Shown here one piece after another: positions 60,835 through 64,000 of a stretch of 64,000 bases of DNA. Position 1 is the first letter of the stretch. Every line of letters starts with the position of its first letter. The position numbers and the translations under genes were made by a program. Under the pieces are notes generated by a model, which saw nothing but the letters and a program-made list of their open reading frames with translations, made no database searches and was not told the origin of the DNA. Source of the stretch: Candidatus Eiseniibacteriota bacterium (GTDB lineage Bacteria; Eisenbacteria; RBG-16-71-46). The stretch lies in NCBI GenBank assembly GCA_963707915.1, contig OY970178.1, positions 448,001-512,000 of the forward strand. The letters are read 5' to 3'.

Positions 60835-60907
60835 CGACTAGCAGGTCGAGGGTCCAGGAAACGACGCGAAGGGCGACCCGAGGAATCCACCAGGAGGAGT
60901 GCCAGCC

Positions 60908-61340
60908 ATGTTCCGTTCCCAGAAGGGCTTCACCCTGATCGAGCTGATGATCGTCGTCGTCATCATCGGCATCCTCGCTGCCATCGCGATCCCGAACTTC
61001 ATCGCCATGCAGAACCGCGCGAAGGAAGGCAGCACCAAGGCCAACATGCACACCTTCCAGCTCGCGGCCGAGGACTACGGCGTGCAGAACGACGGCGTCT
61101 ACGCCGCGGACGCCGCCACCGTCGCGCCCCTGCTGCCGGCCGGCGGCGCCACCTTCAAGAACCCGTTCGACGGCGACACGGGCACTGCGTACGACGACAT
61201 CGGCAGCTTCGTCCGGCCGCTGGTTCCCGACCGCGACGGCCGGCATCGTCTCGTACAGCGACTCGTCGACGGCGCTGTACATCATCGCGGGTCAGGGCAA
61301 GGACGCGGCCCTCACGCTGCAGCTCACCGCTGGCCAGTAG
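60908..61340 (+). CDS. pilA: Type IVa major pilin with an apparent +1 frameshift at about 61226-61228
   Basis: MFRSQKG|FTLIELMIVVVIIGILAAIAIP; after removing one C the C-terminus TATAGIVSYSDSSTALYIIAGQGKDAALTLQLTAGQ* aligns with the neighbouring pilin. Confidence 0.85.
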
Positions 61341-61356
61341 CAGCCGACGGTAGACG

Positions 61357-61385
61357 GGGCGGGAGGCGCGCGACGCCTCCCGCCC
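61357..61385 (+). terminator. GC-rich hairpin between the two pilin genes (terminator/attenuator or mRNA stabiliser)
   Basis: 12-bp perfect stem GGGCGGGAGGCG/CGCCTCCCGCCC with 5-nt loop; weak U-tract. Confidence 0.6.
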
Positions 61386-61461
61386 ATTCGATGACGCGAG
61401 AGCCGGGAGACGGACTTCGAAACGGCGGCCGTGGAGCGCCGCCAGGAAGGTGAGTCGGGCC

Positions 61462-61893
61462 ATGCGAGAATCGCCCAGAGGGTTCACCCTGATCGAGTTG
61501 ATGATCGTGGTCGTCATCATCGGAATCCTGGCGGCCATCGCGATCCCCAACTTCGTCGCGATGCAGGTCCGCGCCAAGGAAGGCAGCACCAAGGCCAACA
61601 TGCACACCTTCCAGCTGGCGGCCGAGGACTACGGCGTGCAGAACAACGGGCGGTACGCGGGGACCGCGGACGAGGTCGCACCCGGGTTGGCCGGCGGCGG
61701 CTCCACGCTCAAGAACCCGTTCGACGGCAGCACGACCACCGCCTACGCGGACCAGCCTGCGTGGGCACGGCCGCTGGCGACCGGCGTGACGACGCCCGGC
61801 ACCGCGGTGTACGGGGACTCCTCGAACGTGGTCTACCAGATCGCGGGCGAGGGCAAGGACGCCACCCTGAGGCTGGTGCTCACCAGCAACTGA
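61462..61893 (+). CDS. Second type IVa pilin (paralogue)
   Basis: MRESPRG|FTLIELMIVVVIIGILAAIAIPNF...KEGSTKANMHTFQLAAEDY...KNPF; alternative GTG start at 61450. Confidence 0.9.
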   Translation: MRESPRGFTLIELMIVVVIIGILAAIAIPNFVAMQVRAKEGSTKANMHTFQLAAEDYGVQNNGRYAGTADEVAPGLAGGGSTLKNPFDGSTTTAYADQPAWARPLATGVTTPGTAVYGDSSNVVYQIAGEGKDATLRLVLTSN

Positions 61894-62037
61894 CGGAGCC
61901 CGGGGCCGCTCTGCCCGGCCCGTCGCTACGCGCGGCAGACCCCCGAGGTTCTCCTGCCCAGGAGAGCTTCGTGGCGTCCGGATGAGCCCGGTCACCCGCC
62001 CCGCCTTCCCCTGGCGCCCCGCCTCCTCACCTCCGTG

Positions 62038-62053
62038 CGGCACGCCCGTTGCA
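62038..62053 (+). promoter_or_regulatory. Candidate sigma54 promoter for the pilus-associated ABC transporter
   Basis: CGGCACGCCCGTTGCA with GG-N10-GC spacing. Confidence 0.6.
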
Positions 62054-62155
62054 AGCACAGGCGCCCCGGTGGAGCCGCCATGCGACAGGGCCGGCCATGG
62101 CCCGATGGCGCAAGGGCTTGGCCCCATCGGAGGGGACCCGGAGGTGGACGAAACC

Positions 62156-63175
62156 ATGCAGAGTTCGATCGCCTCGATTGCGGACCGGCAAGCGACTGGC
62201 CGCCCTCTGGCCGCGGCGACTGCCCCGGATCCCGGCCTGGCCGTGTGCGTCCGGGGGCTTGCGAAGCACTACGTGCACCCGTGGACGCTCCGGGTGACGC
62301 GCGGTCTCGACGCGCTGGACCTCGACGTGCGCCGCGGCGAGGTGATGGGCCTGCTCGGTCCCAACGGGGCCGGGAAGACCACCACGCTCAAGCTCCTCAC
62401 CGGGCTGCTGAAGCCCACGCGCGGGCAGGCCTGGCTGATGGGCGAGCCGGTCGAGGACACCGCCTCGCGCCGCAGCCTCGGCTTCCTGCCCGAGCAGCCG
62501 TACTTCTACGACTACCTGAACGGCATCGAGTACCTCGAGCTGGCGGCACGGCTCTCCGGCATGACGGCGGCGGCGGCGCGCGACCGCGCGCGCCACTGGC
62601 TCGGACGGGTCGGGCTCGACGAGCGACCGCGCCTTGGCCTGCGCAAGTACTCGAAGGGCATGCTGCAGCGCCTCGGGCTGGCGGCCGCGCTGGTGCACGG
62701 GCCCGGGTTGCTCATCCTGGACGAGCCCATGAGCGGGCTCGACCCGTTCGGCCGCCGCGACGTGCGCGACCTCATCACCGAGCAGCGCGAGCGCGGCGTG
62801 ACCGTGCTGTTCTCTTCGCACATCCTGCCGGACGTCGAGATGCTGTGCGACCGGGTGGCCATCATGACCGGCGGCCGCCTGACGCGAGTGGCCACCGTCG
62901 GCGAACTGGTGGAGGACGGGCCGCAGGCGGTCGAGATCCGCTGTGCGGCGGGGGCGCTGCTCGAGGTGCCGTCCCGCTGGGCGGGCCAGGTCTCGCGCAC
63001 CCAGCGTGCCGACGAGTCCGTCTTCCGGGTCGAGGACGAGGCGCGGCTGGGGGACGTGCTGGGCTGGCTGCTCCAGTCCGGCGTCCCGATCCGCGCGGTG
63101 ACGCCGCAGCGACCGACCCTCGAATCGCTCTTCCTGGCCGCCGCCGAGACCGAGCACGAGCGGAGGAGCGCATGA
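62156..63175 (+). CDS. ABC transporter ATP-binding protein (Myxococcus PilH-like)
   Basis: GPNGAGKTT, YSKGMLQR, ILDEPMSGLDP, SSHIL; ATG 62156 follows SD GGAGG. Confidence 0.9.
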   Translation: MQSSIASIADRQATGRPLAAATAPDPGLAVCVRGLAKHYVHPWTLRVTRGLDALDLDVRRGEVMGLLGPNGAGKTTTLKLLTGLLKPTRGQAWLMGEPVEDTASRRSLGFLPEQPYFYDYLNGIEYLELAARLSGMTAAAARDRARHWLGRVGLDERPRLGLRKYSKGMLQRLGLAAALVHGPGLLILDEPMSGLDPFGRRDVRDLITEQRERGVTVLFSSHILPDVEMLCDRVAIMTGGRLTRVATVGELVEDGPQAVEIRCAAGALLEVPSRWAGQVSRTQRADESVFRVEDEARLGDVLGWLLQSGVPIRAVTPQRPTLESLFLAAAETEHERRSA

Positions 63176-63936
63176 TCCCGCTGCTCATCGCGCGCAACAC
63201 CTTCCGCGAGGCGACGCGCGACCGCGTGCTGGCCGGGGTGGTGGTGGCCGGCCTGGCGCTGCTCGCCCTGACGCAGGCGGCGAGCTCGCTGGCGATGGGC
63301 GAAGGGCGGCGTTTCACCGTGGACCTCGGACTGACGGGCATCTCGGTGCTCGGGCTGCTCGTCATCCTGCTCACCGGCACGAGCCTGGTGGCCAAGGAGG
63401 TCGAGCGGCGCACCATCTACAACCTGCTCTCGCGCCCGATCACGCGGCCGGCGTACCTGGTGGGCAAGTGGATCGGGTTCTCGGCGACGCTCTGGAGCGT
63501 CGCGTTGGTGCTGGGCGTGGCCCTGTGGGGGCTCGTCCTGTTCCGCGGCTGGGGCGGGAACGGCCTGGCGGTGCTGGAGGGGGTCTACCTCGCCGGGCTC
63601 GAGCTCAGCGTGATCACCGCGCTGGCGGTGATGTTCTCGGCGCTCTCGACGCCGGTGCTCTCGGCGCTCTACACGCTGGGCTTCTACGTGGTGGGGCAGT
63701 GGAGCTACGACCTGCGCATGCTCGCCGAGAAGCTCCCCCGCGAGCTCGGCGGGCTGCTGTCGGTGGTCGCCAACCTGGTCCCCAACCTGCCGCTCTTCAA
63801 CATGCGCACGCTGGCGGCCGAGGGCACCCCGACGACCTGGCTGCACCTCGGGCTGGCCTCCGGCTACGCCGCGGTCTACGTGGCCTGCGTGCTGTGCCTC
63901 GCCACCGCGGCCTTCGAGTCGAAGGACTTCAAGTGA
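63172..63936 (+). CDS. ABC transporter permease (Myxococcus PilI-like)
   Basis: IARNTFREA.RDR, KEVERRTIY..LSRP..R..Y.VGK, multiple TM helices, FESKDFK. Confidence 0.85.
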   Translation: MIPLLIARNTFREATRDRVLAGVVVAGLALLALTQAASSLAMGEGRRFTVDLGLTGISVLGLLVILLTGTSLVAKEVERRTIYNLLSRPITRPAYLVGKWIGFSATLWSVALVLGVALWGLVLFRGWGGNGLAVLEGVYLAGLELSVITALAVMFSALSTPVLSALYTLGFYVVGQWSYDLRMLAEKLPRELGGLLSVVANLVPNLPLFNMRTLAAEGTPTTWLHLGLASGYAAVYVACVLCLATAAFESKDFK

Positions 63937-64000
63937 GCGCGCCGGCCGCGGTGGGCCCGCGCGGCCGCCGCTTCCTCGCCGCGTGGACGGCGGCCGTCGT
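63933..64000 (+). CDS. 5' end of the next gene in the operon (runs off the window)
   Basis: GTG overlapping the permease stop (GTGA); open to the window end. Confidence 0.45.
   Translation, partial: MSAPAAVGPRGRRFLAAWTAAV

Noticed and set aside
60899..61453. 184-aa pilin with a long basic C-terminal extension
   Set aside because: The extension is out-of-frame read-through across the hairpin; the homologous C-terminus is in the +1 frame.
60908..61893. Conductive (Geobacter-type e-pilin) pili
   Set aside because: Both pilins are full-length with a globular domain rather than the short truncated type; nothing else in the window supports electron transfer.

Overview
This is a high-GC bacterial window, most likely from an FCB-superphylum candidate lineage such as Ca. 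Eisenbacteria. That assignment is an inference from the T9SS/FlgD-type C-terminal domains, the PorU/PorV homologues and the W-G-x-x-K-x-x-Y-R protein tails. Positions 1-9644 are the right-hand end of a decaying genomic island integrated at the 3' end of tRNA-Glu(TTC) (9645-9720, minus strand). The island holds three different IS3-family elements, a truncated tyrosine integrase, repeat-rich secreted beta-propeller genes, a DUF4145/HEPN-like gene and membrane proteins. It also holds three copies of a short C-terminal tail (P-x-P-x-x-S-T-[ST]-W-G-R-I-K-x-L-Y-R and a variant), which looks like a PEP-CTERM-analogous sorting signal and is the best candidate for an undescribed system here. The rest is core genome. 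In order: an ExeA-SPOR ATPase, pyrE, an S8 protease, a sigma54-driven Fn3 lipoprotein, an M23 peptidase, dnaE-accA, and a T9SS-like cluster (Trm112, PorU-like C25, PorV-like, M6 protease, two DUF5683-like, NHL, large OM protein, BamA/TamA). These are followed by DinG, hutU-hutI-ftcD, a TPR protein, PHP, a solitary ECF S component with an OM barrel, comEA, and a deltaproteobacterial-style type IV pilus cluster (pilB-pilT-pilC-pilS-pilR-pilA1-pilA2-ABC ATPase-permease). Two single-base frameshifts (M6 protease, pilA1) may be sequencing errors. All calls come from reading motifs by eye; no database searches were run.
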